A stretch of DNA of 24,000 bases from Acaryochloridaceae cyanobacterium SU_2_1 (GCA_012030735.1 JAAUUW010000009.1:18023-42022), one strand, 5' to 3'. Counted from the stretch's first letter, positions 1 to 10,744 are shown. Made by a program: numbers and translations. Notes: generated by a model not told the origin, from the sequence alone.

Positions 1-277
1 TGTCCTTTTGGATGGTTTCATGAGCGGTATAGCCGCCCTCTGCATAGCAAGCTGGCATACCTGTGGCCCGGAGTAACAACGAGGTGGCCGATAGCAGAAT
101 ACTCCCAATGAACCGATCGATGCTCTAGCAAGAGCGCTGCGAGGGGTGCTTGTTTACAGACGGTTCACCCTTAACTACACCCGGAAGGTGAAGGAAGGTG
201 AAGCTTAGGGAATGGGAATGATATAGTCAGAATCACAGTAACTCTAATCACAGCAACTATACTGGCTCCCTTCCACC

Positions 278-1323
278 GTGACTCTTAACTGGCAAGTCAT
301 GAATGCGCAGCCCTTAGAGCAGTGGCTATCCCCAGCAAAATATCAGCACTACACCCTCCTGCTGATGCAGCAAGTCAGTATCACTCAGCAGCAGACTAAA
401 TATTTTCTGCGGCTGTGGATATATTTGTTGTTGAAGGACTCTCAGCTTAAGCGAATACCGCTGCAACCGCCCTTGACTGAGTTGACCTTGCCCCAAGGCT
501 GGTTCACCTGTAGCTGCAAGGAAGTCGCCGAGGTGTTCTATTGCGATCAAGAGCAGGGGAGTAATCGTTCTGCAGGCATGATGCTCGATAAATTAGCCGT
601 CCTAGGATTGATTCGTAAACGCTTTGATGGCAATTGCACCCAAATTGAAATTCAAGCTCCGCCAGAGCTGCTGCATCCTAATCTTCAAGAGCTGCATATT
701 CTCCTAGAGCCAGATCAGTTTGACCCCCGATGCGATGCGGTGCCCATTGCCAATCTCTTGGCCAGTAATTATCAATGGCTGAATCGCAGTCTTAAGGCTT
801 CTCCCTATCGGATCGCCAATATTCTTCGCGATTGGGCCGAACACTATGCTACGGGGATGCGGGTCCTCCGTCGGGGTGACAATCACAATCCTCTGGGATT
901 CTATGCCCTCTATCCTACCCAATCTATTTCAGAAGCTAAGTTCTTTAGTCCTCCTAGCCAAGGACTTCATTTGAGTCAAGTCACGGCGGTCGATCCATTT
1001 TTGATGGCATCCCCTGGGGACTTAAGCTGCCGAGCTGTGTTTGTGCGCAGTTGGATGATTGATCGCCCTTATCGCCAGTATTACCGGGTCCATTTTTCTG
1101 CGAGATGCCCAGCAGACCATGGTGAAACTTCGATCAAGATTTTCCGAATTTATGGGATATGCATACTTTGATTATCCATCCCAGTTATGAAGATCTCGCT
1201 CAAGCCTTGGGGTTTCAGAAAGCCTGTGCTGATCCCAAATTACCTATTCGTTGGATGTACCAGTCGGTGGATCGCTTTTTAGAACTCAATATGGAAGAGG
1301 TGGCGGGTCAACTTAGCCCGTAA
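278..1323 (+). CDS. Conserved hypothetical protein. The frame is broken twice near the 3' end, by either a real pseudogene or indel errors.
   Basis: The GTG ORF 278..1171 has an internal ATG at 299 (MNAQPLEQW). After ...YYRVHF the sensible sequence continues in frame 3 (FLRDAQQTMVKLR), then in frame 1 (DQDFPNLWDMHTLIIHPSYEDLAQALGFQKACADPKLPIRWMYQSVDRFLELNMEEVAGQLSP, stop 1321..1323). The first switch is at the T5 run 1093..1097. I do not recognise a family with confidence. Confidence 0.55.
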
Positions 1324-1403
1324 ACAGTTGGGGCTGGACGATTGTGAAGGCCAATTATGAGCATCTCTGAACCTAGGGTAGTTTCAGCAAGGCGGGTACA
1401 GGG

Positions 1404-3986
1404 CTAGCATGAGACCCTTGTTCGATGCCATTGATCACTGATGGTCTGGAGGGTTCGAATTGTTTTTTCGTAGATTTTTGGCCCCGCTAGCTCAATCATA
1501 ATGGGCATTAATTTAAATAGGTTATGGCAGAAGTCTTCTTGTTTAGTATGGGGCAAAGAATGCAAGAGTTCACACCATAGGCGATGGTCAATGCGAGGGG
1601 GATGCAGTTGAGGAAAGAGTTGAATTAAGGTTTTGGCGCGGCATTGATCATCCACAAAATTAGTCGCTGCGAATAAGCTCTGGGTCAATAAATCTTCTGG
1701 TAAATAAGTGGTAAGGGAATTTAAGGCTGAGGGTGCGGGCAGCGCTGGAACTGAGCTGGAAAGCCTCTTGTCTTTGGGTCCGAGCCTCTAGTTGGCTGAT
1801 AGCGTTGGCATAGGGGGTTGGATCACAATAGGTTTTGTATAACGCTAAGGTTTGCAGCAGTAAGGGGGGGGACAAAAATGGAAGCAGGAGGTTGAGCAAG
1901 GTTTTCTGGGCTTCTCGATCTTTGCTGCGGATCAAACTGGCAAATGCTTTTTGCAGTAGGAGTTCAGGTAAATGGGGTGCCAACTGCTGGAGGGCATGGC
2001 GGCGGGCAGGTAAGGCTGCAATTGCGGTGGTAGCCTGTAAAGCTTGGGGTAGAAATCTTGGCCATTGCAAGGCCAGCAAGCGATAGGTCTCGGCCTGAAG
2101 GGTCGGATCGGGGCTATTATCAATCAGTTCTAAGACCTTGGGCAATAAGGAACTATCTTCTAGGGCGAGATGCGTCAAGGCTAGGGTTTGGGTTGGTTTG
2201 TGGGTGAGGGAAAAGCCGATGTAAATGGCTTGAGATCGCAACGCCTCGGGCAGCACCGGTAGAATTTGTCGCAGAGCCTGATAACGGCAATGTTCTTGGG
2301 AGAGAGTTTTAATTCGTTCTAACAGCTCGGGCCATAGCTCCTGGGGTAGATAGGGACTCAAGGCTGCCATCACGATCACCGTGGCGGCTTCTTGCTCGAG
2401 TTTCTTGAGAATGTTAAAGCACAGATGTAGATCAATCGCACTCAGATAGGGTGCGAGCCGAGCCAAGGCGATCGCACAGGCCCATTCATCAGGGATTTTA
2501 CAAGCCCGTTGAAAGGCATTGCCCAACAGATGGGGCCAACGAGGCACCAACAATCCATAAACATCTGCTTGGATGGTCAGATCACAATGGACATCGCAGT
2601 GAGTGGTGAGCTGAGAGAGAGCCGTCTCAGGCACAGCCCTGGCCATGGCATGCCAGACTTGGGCCAAGAGTTGAGGATCTTGATCCGGGGAGGGGGGCAG
2701 TTGGCTGAGGGTCTCTAACACTTGAGGAATGGTGTCCGGCCAACGGGTCACCAGACCAGCGGCAACGGTCAGATAGGCATTGGGGTCCTCAAAGCTATGG
2801 AGAAGATCCAGCATCGGCACCAAGGCTAGGTCAGGCAAGCTCGACGCTGCTTCACAAAGCACCAGAGCGCGGTAATGGTCACTCGGTAAATTTTGAATAG
2901 ACTTGAGCAGCTCCAAGCAGAGCAAGGGGGGGAAGTGCGGAGCCAAGAGACAAAGGGAACGGCTGCGATCGCCTAGGTCTGGCAAGCTGTGAATCGCCTG
3001 TAAAATATAGACAGAAAAAGAGCTGGGCAAATGGGGAATCAGGGCTTGTAACAACCGGGCCTGATAATGGGAATCTTGCGCCAGTTCCAGATGAGCGATG
3101 GCTTGGTCGGGCCGCCAAAGCTGTTTCTCCACCAAGGTCGCGATTAACTGGGGTGGAATATTTTCGATCGCATTTTGCAAGGATACCAACATCAGCGCAT
3201 AGCGACATTGCAACTCAATGGCCTCCGTTGGTGCCTTTGCATAAGATTGCTCGGCGAGCTGCCAAGCCTGATGAATATCTTTGCAAAAAGTCGGTAAGTA
3301 GCCCTTACGATCACAGGCTTCGTACCAACCATTGGTTCCTGCAGCCGTCTCCTCCGCTAACAACCGATGAATGCAATGCTGATCACCCCCTTGCTGAAAA
3401 TGCCAAGTGAGATGGGCATGAATATAGCCATCATCTGCCAAGCTATGCCAGAGTCCTCCTTGAGTGGTTGCAAAATAGCGTTTTAGTAAAATCCGATGGG
3501 CTTGTCTAGCGGTAAGATTTAAGCTTTTGAGATGGGTGGGAATATCTGGAGAATATTCTTCTAGGAGTAAATCTTGCGCTAATTGCCGAGCGTAATCATG
3601 CAGACTATATACAGGCATCTGTTGAAATGATCTGCCCTTGGTCAGCAATTGCTGATCAGCCAATAAATCCAAGACCCGCCCAGCTTGATCAGGCATAAGC
3701 TGCCAGAGAGTTGCTGCCGTACTAGCTGTAAAGACCGCATCGGGGCTAAAATTCCCAACCAGGCAAATTGCCAGACTTGACTGGGGGATAAATTCATCAA
3801 TTGATCCGCAGCAAAGGAAGGAGCGACTTGCTGTCGGGACAGCTCACGGCTCTCTTCTGTCTCCAGAAAGTCCGCAAGATTGAAGGGATGAGACTCTAGG
3901 CAATCCTCAAGGCCAAAGGTAGACAGGGGCCTAGCAGAAGGGAGCCAAGCAAGGGTTGTTTCTAAGTTACTCACACCATCTTGCAT
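1404..3986 (-). pseudogene. STAND (NB-ARC/APAF-1-like) winged-helix plus long alpha-helical-repeat protein with no P-loop NTPase module. It is split into three ORF pieces.
   Basis: ORFs 3642..3986, 1660..3696 and 1404..1688 read as one protein across two frame switches. The first join is ...SFAADQLMNLSPSQVWQFAWLG | NFSPDAVFTASTAATLWQLMPDQAGRVLDLLADQQLL. The second is ...YLPEDLLTQSLFAATNFVDDQCRAKTLIQLFPQLHPP. The motif LSPxQ..F..LG.F.PDA.F....AA.LW plus L..L....LL is the winged-helix signature of NB-ARC/STAND proteins. The rest is iterated L..LAP.LP..L helical repeats. No GxxGxGK[ST] occurs in any frame upstream. An in-frame stop lies 8 codons before the ATG at 3986. Confidence 0.5.
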
Positions 3987-4307
3987 GGGATCACAAAACT
4001 GTCCGGGCTAGGTTTCGAGGAAAGACTGCTCCCCTGGCCAGCAATTGGGCACCAGAGGTGATTTCTCTTAGTATTCCCCTTAACTCTCAGGGATAAAACA
4101 CTGAGGGGTCGCTCCTGAAAGTGAATCTAATGGTCTTGGTCAGTAAGCTCGGGAATGGGGGAAGTGCGATCGCAAAGTCAAGCCCCTCTTCCGCTGCTGT
4201 CCCTAAACTGTTTACAATCGGAATGCTTCACTTGAATTTTATTCAGTCAGCATCTGAACAGACTGGTCTTTGCCACCCGGGTGCTGAGTCACAACCCCAC
4301 TTAAATT

Positions 4308-5501
4308 ATGACCTCGGTACCACCCCATCTAAAAGCCAAAGCCCTCAACCCCAACAGCCCCCGTCCCGCCAAAGAACTCTGCAGCGAATGTGGCCTCTGT
4401 GACACCTACTATATCCACTACGTTAAAGATGCCTGTGCCTTTCTCAACCAACAGATCGCTGAGCTAGAGGAGCAAGCCCATGGTCGCAGCCGCAACCTAG
4501 ACAACCCCGATGATTGGTATTTTGGGGTGAGCAATCAAATGCTAACGGCGCGCAAAATAGACCCGATTCCAGGTGCGCAATGGACTGGTATTGTCAGTAC
4601 CATTGCCATCGAGATGCTCAAGCAGGGCAAGGTGGAGGGAGTAGTCTGTGTGCAAAACACAGAAACCGACCGCTTTCAGCCCCACCCCGTTATCGCTCGG
4701 ACCCCAGAAGCAGTCCTGGCTGCCCGTGTGAATAAGCCCACCTTATCTCCTAATTTGTCAGTCTTAGAACAAATTGAACAATCAGGAATGAAGCGGTTGT
4801 TGGTGATTGGTGTGGGTTGCCAAATTCAAGCCCTACGAACAGTGCAAGACAGCCTGGGCCTAGAAAAACTCTATGTCTTGGGTACCCCTTGCGTCGACAA
4901 TGTTAATCGAGCCGGATTGCAGAAATTTTTAGAAACCACCAGCCGCTCCCCAGAGACAGTGGTTCATTACGAATTCATGCAAGACTTTCGAGTCCATTTC
5001 AAGCATGAAGACGGGTCCATCGAAATGGTGCCATTCTTTGGCTTGAAGACTAACCAACTCAAAGATATTTTTGCCCCCTCTTGCATGAGCTGTTTTGACT
5101 ATGTGAATTCCCTTGCAGATTTGGTAGTGGGTTATATGGGTTCCCCCTATGGTTGGCAATGGCTAGTCGTGCGCAACCAAACCGGGCAGGAAATGCTGGA
5201 TTTAGTTACCGATCAACTAGAGACCCAACCCGTCATGGCAGAAGGCGATCGACATAGTGCTGTCCAAAACAGCATTCCTGCCTATGACAAAGGAGTGACC
5301 CTCCCCATGTGGGCTGCCAAGCTGATGGGCGTTGTGATCGACAAAATTGGCCCCCGAGGTCTAGAATATGCTCGCTTCTCCATTGATTCTCACTTTACCC
5401 GCAACTACCTTTACGTCAAGCGCAACTATCCAAAGAAGCTAGCTGCCCATGTCCCTGAATTTGCCCAACGGATTGTTAGCCAATATAACCTACCGGATTA
5501 A
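4308..5501 (+). CDS. bciB: Ferredoxin-dependent 3,8-divinyl (proto)chlorophyllide 8-vinyl reductase (FrhB / F420-hydrogenase beta family; Slr1923-type).
   Basis: This is a 397-aa intact ORF. It shows the N-terminal Cys cluster CSECGLCDTYYIHYVKDACAF, VEGVVCVQ, LLVIGVGCQIQALR, GTPCVDN and CMSCFDYVNSLADLVVGYMG. It appears collinear with my recollection of Synechocystis Slr1923 over the full length. Confidence 0.85.
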   Translation: MTSVPPHLKAKALNPNSPRPAKELCSECGLCDTYYIHYVKDACAFLNQQIAELEEQAHGRSRNLDNPDDWYFGVSNQMLTARKIDPIPGAQWTGIVSTIAIEMLKQGKVEGVVCVQNTETDRFQPHPVIARTPEAVLAARVNKPTLSPNLSVLEQIEQSGMKRLLVIGVGCQIQALRTVQDSLGLEKLYVLGTPCVDNVNRAGLQKFLETTSRSPETVVHYEFMQDFRVHFKHEDGSIEMVPFFGLKTNQLKDIFAPSCMSCFDYVNSLADLVVGYMGSPYGWQWLVVRNQTGQEMLDLVTDQLETQPVMAEGDRHSAVQNSIPAYDKGVTLPMWAAKLMGVVIDKIGPRGLEYARFSIDSHFTRNYLYVKRNYPKKLAAHVPEFAQRIVSQYNLPD

Positions 5502-5510
5502 CCGCGCTCT

Positions 5511-6095
5511 ATGTCTCCATCCTCTGATGCTCTAACCCAGTCGCCAAACCTCAGGAATCTGGGCAGTACCTTTCGCCTTGTGGGTTGGATCAGCTTCTGG
5601 ATTAAATTGGTGCTGGTGGTGGTTTCTGGTGTTACCGTACTGTTTGCCTTCTTCAGTCGAGCTGCGAATACAACCCAAGCGAGAAACCCCATTAGTGGCA
5701 TCGGTCTATTCTTTACGGTCTGTGGCATTCTGCTGCTAGGGGTGAGTGTGTATTGGAGTTTTCACTATACCCGGTGGGGACGTCGATTTTTGGCCAAGAC
5801 AGCGTCCTCTCAACCCTCCAAAGCGGGCACCTTAAGGCTACTCAAAACTGTTCTGATTACAGATTTAGTGGGCATCTTAGTGACGGTTATCGGCGGGGAG
5901 TGGTTAGTAGGGGCGATTATTGGCAAGGCGATTTCCCAAGGGGTAGCCGTGTTTAGCCTCAATCCTAATCAGTTAGTCGAACCCATTGATTTATTTGTAA
6001 TCCAAGCTTGTATGAATGTCATCGTCGGCCAGTTGGCAGGGATAGTGGCAACCCTGATCCTGTTACAGCGGACGACCCAACCCCGACCCTCCTAA
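5511..6095 (+). CDS. Conserved integral membrane protein (about 4 TM; possibly DUF3611-like).
   Basis: The 194-aa ORF starts 9 nt after the bciB stop. It has four hydrophobic segments (WISFWIKLVLVVVSGVTVLFAFF, IGLFFTVCGILLLGVSVYW, VLITDLVGILVTVIGGEWLVGAII, MNVIVGQLAGIVATLILL). The family name is from memory only. Confidence 0.7.
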   Translation: MSPSSDALTQSPNLRNLGSTFRLVGWISFWIKLVLVVVSGVTVLFAFFSRAANTTQARNPISGIGLFFTVCGILLLGVSVYWSFHYTRWGRRFLAKTASSQPSKAGTLRLLKTVLITDLVGILVTVIGGEWLVGAIIGKAISQGVAVFSLNPNQLVEPIDLFVIQACMNVIVGQLAGIVATLILLQRTTQPRPS

Positions 6096-6106
6096 AGTTT
6101 TCCTTG

Positions 6107-6742
6107 CTAAGGCTCCCCTTGACTGAGCCAGGCAATTGCCCCTCGAATCCAGGCTTCTGTATCAGCGTTTTTACCCAAGGCCGATGTTTCTCCCACGGCT
6201 TGCAGGGCAGCCATCACCTCTTGGCTGGTATACCCCAAGGCCAGCAAGGTCATTTCTACGTCCTCTTGAATACTAGCAATGGGTCCAGCACTGGGTAAGG
6301 GAGTGAAGCCAGCTTGGGTGCGCCATTCAGCTAGTTTAGTGCGTAGTTCTAAGGCAATCCGCTCTGCGGTTTTTGCCCCCACTCCTGGTGTCTTCGCCAA
6401 GAGTCGGGTATTGCTACTCACAATTGCCTGCACTAAATCTTGAAAGCCTAGGGTGTCAATTAATGCTAAGGCTAATTGAGGACCAATACCACTAACAGCA
6501 ATCAACTGCCGGAACAGATCCCGCTCAGCTATCGATGCAAATCCAAAGAAAACATACTGATCCTCGCGGATTTGCAGATGCGTAAAAACCTGAATGACCT
6601 CTGCCTTTGGGTCCAGTTGCTGGCGAAAACGGCTAGGGACTTGTAGCTCGTAACCAATCTGATTGGCCTCTAGGGTTAACATCGTTCGGTTACTGCTATG
6701 GCGGTGCCAAGCAACGACTTGGCCCTTGAGGTAACCGATCAT
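6107..6742 (-). CDS. ruvA: Holliday junction branch migration complex subunit RuvA.
   Basis: The 211-aa ORF has MIGYLKGQV..., GYELQVP, the HhH region FRQLIAVSGIGPQLALALI and LAKTPGVGAKTAERIALEL, and a C-terminal domain III (ALGYTSQEV). Its start overlaps the spp stop (ATGA). Confidence 0.95.
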   Translation of the reverse strand: MIGYLKGQVVAWHRHSSNRTMLTLEANQIGYELQVPSRFRQQLDPKAEVIQVFTHLQIREDQYVFFGFASIAERDLFRQLIAVSGIGPQLALALIDTLGFQDLVQAIVSSNTRLLAKTPGVGAKTAERIALELRTKLAEWRTQAGFTPLPSAGPIASIQEDVEMTLLALGYTSQEVMAALQAVGETSALGKNADTEAWIRGAIAWLSQGEP

Positions 6743-7488
6743 GATAGCAATCGAAAATGATGCAGCCCTTCGAGAATACCTGCTGCACAGGATCTGGTTG
6801 CCAGATAATGATAATCAGCCCCATGTTCCTTGTACCATTGCAACAACTCTGGTTGAGCATTACCCACCACAACCCCCCGTTCTTTGCCAACACTAAACAA
6901 GGCTTGATCATTGCCTGAATCACCACAGACAATGGTCTGCTCAGCGGAGATATCGAACTGTTCACGCAGAAATAGCAGCGCTTGGCCCTTATCACCACCA
7001 AGGGGGAGAATATCTAGATCTTTGCCGCCGCTATAGACAATTTTGGTATCTAAGCCCCGAATATGTAGCGCAACTTTCAAGCGAGGAACTAGATCTGAGG
7101 CTAAGTGAGGTGCTAAATAGAAACTGACTTTATAGGGGCGCTGTTCTGAAGCAGGCTGGAGTACTAAGTCTTGAAAATGAGCCGTGATCGCCAAGATATC
7201 CTCCCGGACCCAACCATTATCGAGCGTTCTAGACCAGTCTGGATCTGGAGTGCGACTATTTTGATAGTAAATTTCCGTGCCCACAGAGGTCACCAAGGCA
7301 TCTGGGTCTAAGAGAGGTTCGGTTGCTTTGAGCTTCAGATAAGAGTCATGAGAACGTCCGGTAGAGTAGGCTAGCAGGATGTCTTGCTCTTGTCGAAGTT
7401 GCATTAACTGTTGATTGAGTCGTTCGAGGGCGGCTTGATCCCCCACCAGTGTATTGTCCAGATCAGTTACCAATAAGAATCTTGTCAC
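6739..7488 (-). CDS. spp: Sucrose-6F-phosphate phosphohydrolase (sucrose-phosphate phosphatase, HAD superfamily).
   Basis: The 249-aa ORF has the HAD motif I LLVTDLDNTLVGD, then AYSTGRS, TSVGTEIY, SGGKDLDILP and VCGDSGND. It appears collinear with my recollection of Synechocystis Slr0953. Confidence 0.88.
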   Translation of the reverse strand: MTRFLLVTDLDNTLVGDQAALERLNQQLMQLRQEQDILLAYSTGRSHDSYLKLKATEPLLDPDALVTSVGTEIYYQNSRTPDPDWSRTLDNGWVREDILAITAHFQDLVLQPASEQRPYKVSFYLAPHLASDLVPRLKVALHIRGLDTKIVYSGGKDLDILPLGGDKGQALLFLREQFDISAEQTIVCGDSGNDQALFSVGKERGVVVGNAQPELLQWYKEHGADYHYLATRSCAAGILEGLHHFRLLS

Positions 7489-7546
7489 AGCCTTTCCTAA
7501 ACTTGCTTATATACTCCAGTTTATTCTGCGGCGAAGGCCAAAAATC

Positions 7547-8800
7547 ATGAATTTTCCTGGGGATCGCCAGAGGCCATTTTCGCTTCCTCATCTTAGACCA
7601 GAGGTATGGATCCTGGTTTGGGGGCGGTTGCTATCTCAAATCGGGACTGGTTTCACCCTGTATTTTCTCCAGATCTTTTTTGTGAATCAAGTGGGCCTGT
7701 CTGCCACGTCTGTAGGGTTTGCCATCAGTAGTGGTTCCCTGTCTGGGGTGCTGGGACGGGTACTGGGCGGCTCTATGACCGACTCCCATGGCTGGGGACG
7801 TCGACGCACCCTATTGTTATCGGTATTGATCTCGGCGGGGGGGGCTGGGTTGGATTGCGCTTTCCCAAGACTTGACGTTGCTCATTGGCGGTAATTTGCT
7901 GATGGGGTTGGGGTGGGCTTATATTGGCCATCGATGGAAACCTTGGTGGCGGATTTGAGTATAGGGGAAGAACGTCGTACTGCCTATACTCTCACTCGCC
8001 TTGCCGATAGTACTGGTTTGGGGGGAGGGATTATTTTAGGAGGAAGCTGGATTGCTCTCACCCAGGCCTATCGAACCTTATTTGTGATTGATGCCATTTC
8101 TTTTTTGATCTTTTTTGCCATTATTTTTGTGGGCATTAAAGAGGTACCTCGATCTCTGCGCCCTAGCCGTTTGGGTTGGCAAGGATGGCTGGTGGCGCTT
8201 CAAGATCGACGCTTGCTGACCTTTGTGGCTGCCAATATTCTAATCACGATGTATCTATCTCAAGTGCATAGCACAATGCCCCTCTATTTCAAGAACTTTG
8301 CTGGGCGGGGACAGGGATTATCGGAGGTAGCGATTACTGGTTTATTTACCTGGCATTTGGGTTTGACGGTGATCAGCCAACTGCCTGTTGCCTACCGTTT
8401 GCGGCGCTGGACGGCTCCCCATGCGTTGATGCTATCAGTGGGTTTGTGGGGCTTCGGGTTTCTGACCATTGCTCTGGTGGGTATCAGTGCTGAAGATGTG
8501 ATGTTCTGGGCGATTGTGGGGTTGGGGGTGTTGGCGATCGCAACTGTCGCCTATCTCCCGCTCGCCTCTGCCTTAGTGGCAGACCTCGCACCAGAGGCGA
8601 TGCGCGGGGTCTATCTTTCCATTAATTCCTTATGTTGGGCCGTTGGCTATTGTATTGGCCCAGCGCTAGGGGGCATCGCCCTTGATCATCGCCAACCTTG
8701 GGTCGATTTTTACTGGATAGGATTGGCCCTGACGGTGGGAATAGTCCTCATAATTTTGCTACAGCTCCATCAACTTTTGCTGCAGACAGTTGCAGACTAA
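7547..8800 (+). CDS. MFS transporter. The reading frame is interrupted by a +1/-1 pair of indels.
   Basis: ORFs 7454..7894 and 7913..8800 are in the same frame. Between the G8 run 7837..7844 and the G runs at about 7905..7913 the sensible sequence (LGWIALSQDLTLLIGGNLLMGLG) lies in the +1 frame. There are multiple TM segments and the MFS loop motif GGSMTDSHGWGRRRT. The ATG at 7547 avoids overlap with spp. Confidence 0.8.
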
Positions 8801-8991
8801 TGGCCTGGTTGCTCTCACCGCGAGGGGCACCTAATATTTTATTCACTGAATCGTACGCTCTGCGAGGAAGGGCATCGCTAGGTAAGATAGATATGATTGA
8901 GATCTAATTTAGGATGTAGAACCCGCCCTGACACTCAATTTCGAGGATAAACAGACCCACTACAAGCACTGATTGTGACAAATTTTTAGCC

Positions 8992-10529
8992 ATGACCCTC
9001 TGTATCTCACCTCATTGTCGCCAACCAGACAATCCTGACACCAGCGTTTTCTGCCAGACTTGTGGCTCAGAACTCTTGCTAGAAGGCCGCTATCGGGTCA
9101 TGAAGCTCATTGGCCAAGGGGGCTTTGGTAAAACCTATGAAGTCCTCGAAACCCAGCGAGTAACGGGCAGTGGTAACAGTGGCATTCCTAAGGTCTTGAA
9201 AGTGCTAACTGATACCCAACCCAAGGCCGTAGAACTCTTTACTAGAGAGTCTCAGGTCTTGAGTCAACTGCATCATCCTGGCATTCCTCGGGTTGAACGA
9301 GATGGCTCTTTCATTTTTTGGCCCAGAGATAGCCAAGCCGCTGTTCACTGCCTGATTATGGAGAAAGTAGAGGGTTTAGATCTCTATGGCTATATGCAAC
9401 AGCGACAATTTAGACCCATTAGTGAACAGTTAGCCCTTGAATGGCTAGTGCAAACCGTTACAATTTTGCACGTTGTCCATTCAACAGCAGTTTTTTCACC
9501 GAGATATTAAACCTTCAAATATTATGCTCAGGCCCGATGGCCAATTGGTTCTGATTGATTTTGGGGCTGTGCGAGCAGTTACCCAAACCTATATGGCCAA
9601 GCAGGAAGCCCAAAATGTCACTGGCATTCACTCCATGGGGTTTACCCCCCCAGAACAGATGAATGGACAAGCAGTGCAACAGTCAGATTTTTTTGCCCTA
9701 GGGCGAACCTTTGTCTATCTACTCACGGGCAAAGAACCGACGGATAGTAGTATTTACGATCCCTATAATGATCAATGCCAATGGCGAGCCGCTGCTCCGC
9801 AGGTCTCCGCAAGTCTAGCGAGCTTAATCGATCACTTAATCGCTCGCTTGCCCAAGGACCGGCCAGCCGATACACAGAGTATCCTGCAACAACTGCATGC
9901 CATTGATCAAGGCATTGAGACTGCTCGCCAACACCAGCCTGAGGATAGCAAGCCCCAGGCTGTTTCTGCACCACCCCCGCCCCCCACCAGTCTCTGAGCC
10001 GCCGCCCTTTCAACCACCACCCTTCTCTAGGCCGCCAGTCCCTCTCACTCAATCAGAATCTGGGGTGCCGGCTACGGAGTTTCAACCTCCCCTCCTGGCC
10101 CATCAAACGTTCAATCCCAACACTAATCCAGATGTCGCTCATGCTCCGGTCTATTCGCCATCTCTGACTACAGGAGCCGGGACACCGCCCTCCTTGACCT
10201 TAGGACAGGCTAATCAACATATTAAGAATGCTTGGATAGCTGGGATTGTGACCAGTGTTTTAACCTTAGTGGTCGCCTTCAGTGCAGGGGAGCAGGGGGG
10301 ATTTCTATTAATTGATGTTGTGCTAGCGGCTGGCTTAAGCTTTGGAATTTATAAAAAGAATCGGGCCTCTGCCCTGATAATGCTGATTTACTTTGCTATC
10401 AGCAAAATTCTGCAATTGAGTGCAGCCTTTAATCCCTTAGCACTCCTCTTTGGGATTGTATTTCTCTACCTCTATGCCCAAGGTGTACGGGGTACCTTTG
10501 CCCACCATGCCCTCACCCAATCTCGATAA
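8992..10529 (+). CDS. Ser/Thr protein kinase with an N-terminal 4-Cys zinc-ribbon prefix, a Pro-rich linker and a C-terminal multi-TM anchor. It is split into three ORFs.
   Basis: The 4-Cys motif is CISPHCRQPDNPDTSVFCQTCG. Kinase motifs are GQGGFGKTYEV, VLKVL, HRDIKPSNIML, DFGAVR and TPPEQ. The frame switches at about 9478..9482 (LHVVH|QQQFFHRDIKP) and in the C5/C6 runs 9974..9985 (SAPPPPP|PVSEPPPFQPPPF). The C-terminal hydrophobic segments are IAGIVTSVLTLVVAF, LLIDVVLAAGLSFGIY, ALIMLIYFAISKIL and LALLFGIVFLYLY. Confidence 0.85.
9001..9066 (+). other. 4-Cys zinc-ribbon-like prefix motif of the kinase.
   Basis: The motif is C-x4-C-x11-C-x2-C-G (CISPHC...FCQTCG), directly before the kinase Gly-rich loop. 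Confidence 0.7.
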
Positions 10530-10744
10530 CTCTGTGCAGGTGTTAACACTCTGCTGTTACTCTAGCAGCAGGATAGGTTGAGCTTGATTTTGCGTCGTTC
10601 TTAACCCTCATTAGACAGACACAGCTCTGAGGGAATATCCACAACCTAGATCTCCTCTACCTAGAGTGATGAAAGAGAGATCGCCACCACTACCAAGATT
10701 CCCAACCCCTGAGAATTAGCCCTTGTTGCCCATCTCCACCCAAT

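Noticed and set aside
1-130. A possible 5' end of a minus-strand gene running off the window (…IGSILLSATSLLLRATGMPACYAEGG…).
   Set aside because: At most about 40 codons are in the window, with no convincing start codon and no recognisable motif. This is too little to call.
183-202. The tandem duplication GGAAGGTGAA x2.
   Set aside because: It has only two copies of a 10-mer in intergenic DNA, with no further periodicity or partner elsewhere in the window.
1441-1470. A GGTTCGAAT string resembling a tRNA T-loop.
   Set aside because: The flanking bases do not form a T-stem or the rest of a cloverleaf. It also lies inside the coding sequence of the helical-repeat gene.
1835-3410. Plus-strand ORFs 1835..2086, 2509..2718 and 3153..3410, and minus-strand ORFs 1932..2123 and 2879..3208, inside the STAND gene.
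   Set aside because: They are antisense or alternate-frame shadows of a long ORF with coherent repeat structure. Their translations are low-complexity, Arg/Ser/Gly-rich and show no motifs.
4121-4402. The 93-aa ORF upstream of and overlapping bciB.
   Set aside because: It is a GTG-start ORF out of frame with bciB and its sequence is Ser/Pro-rich. The region is better explained as the bciB promoter and 5' region.
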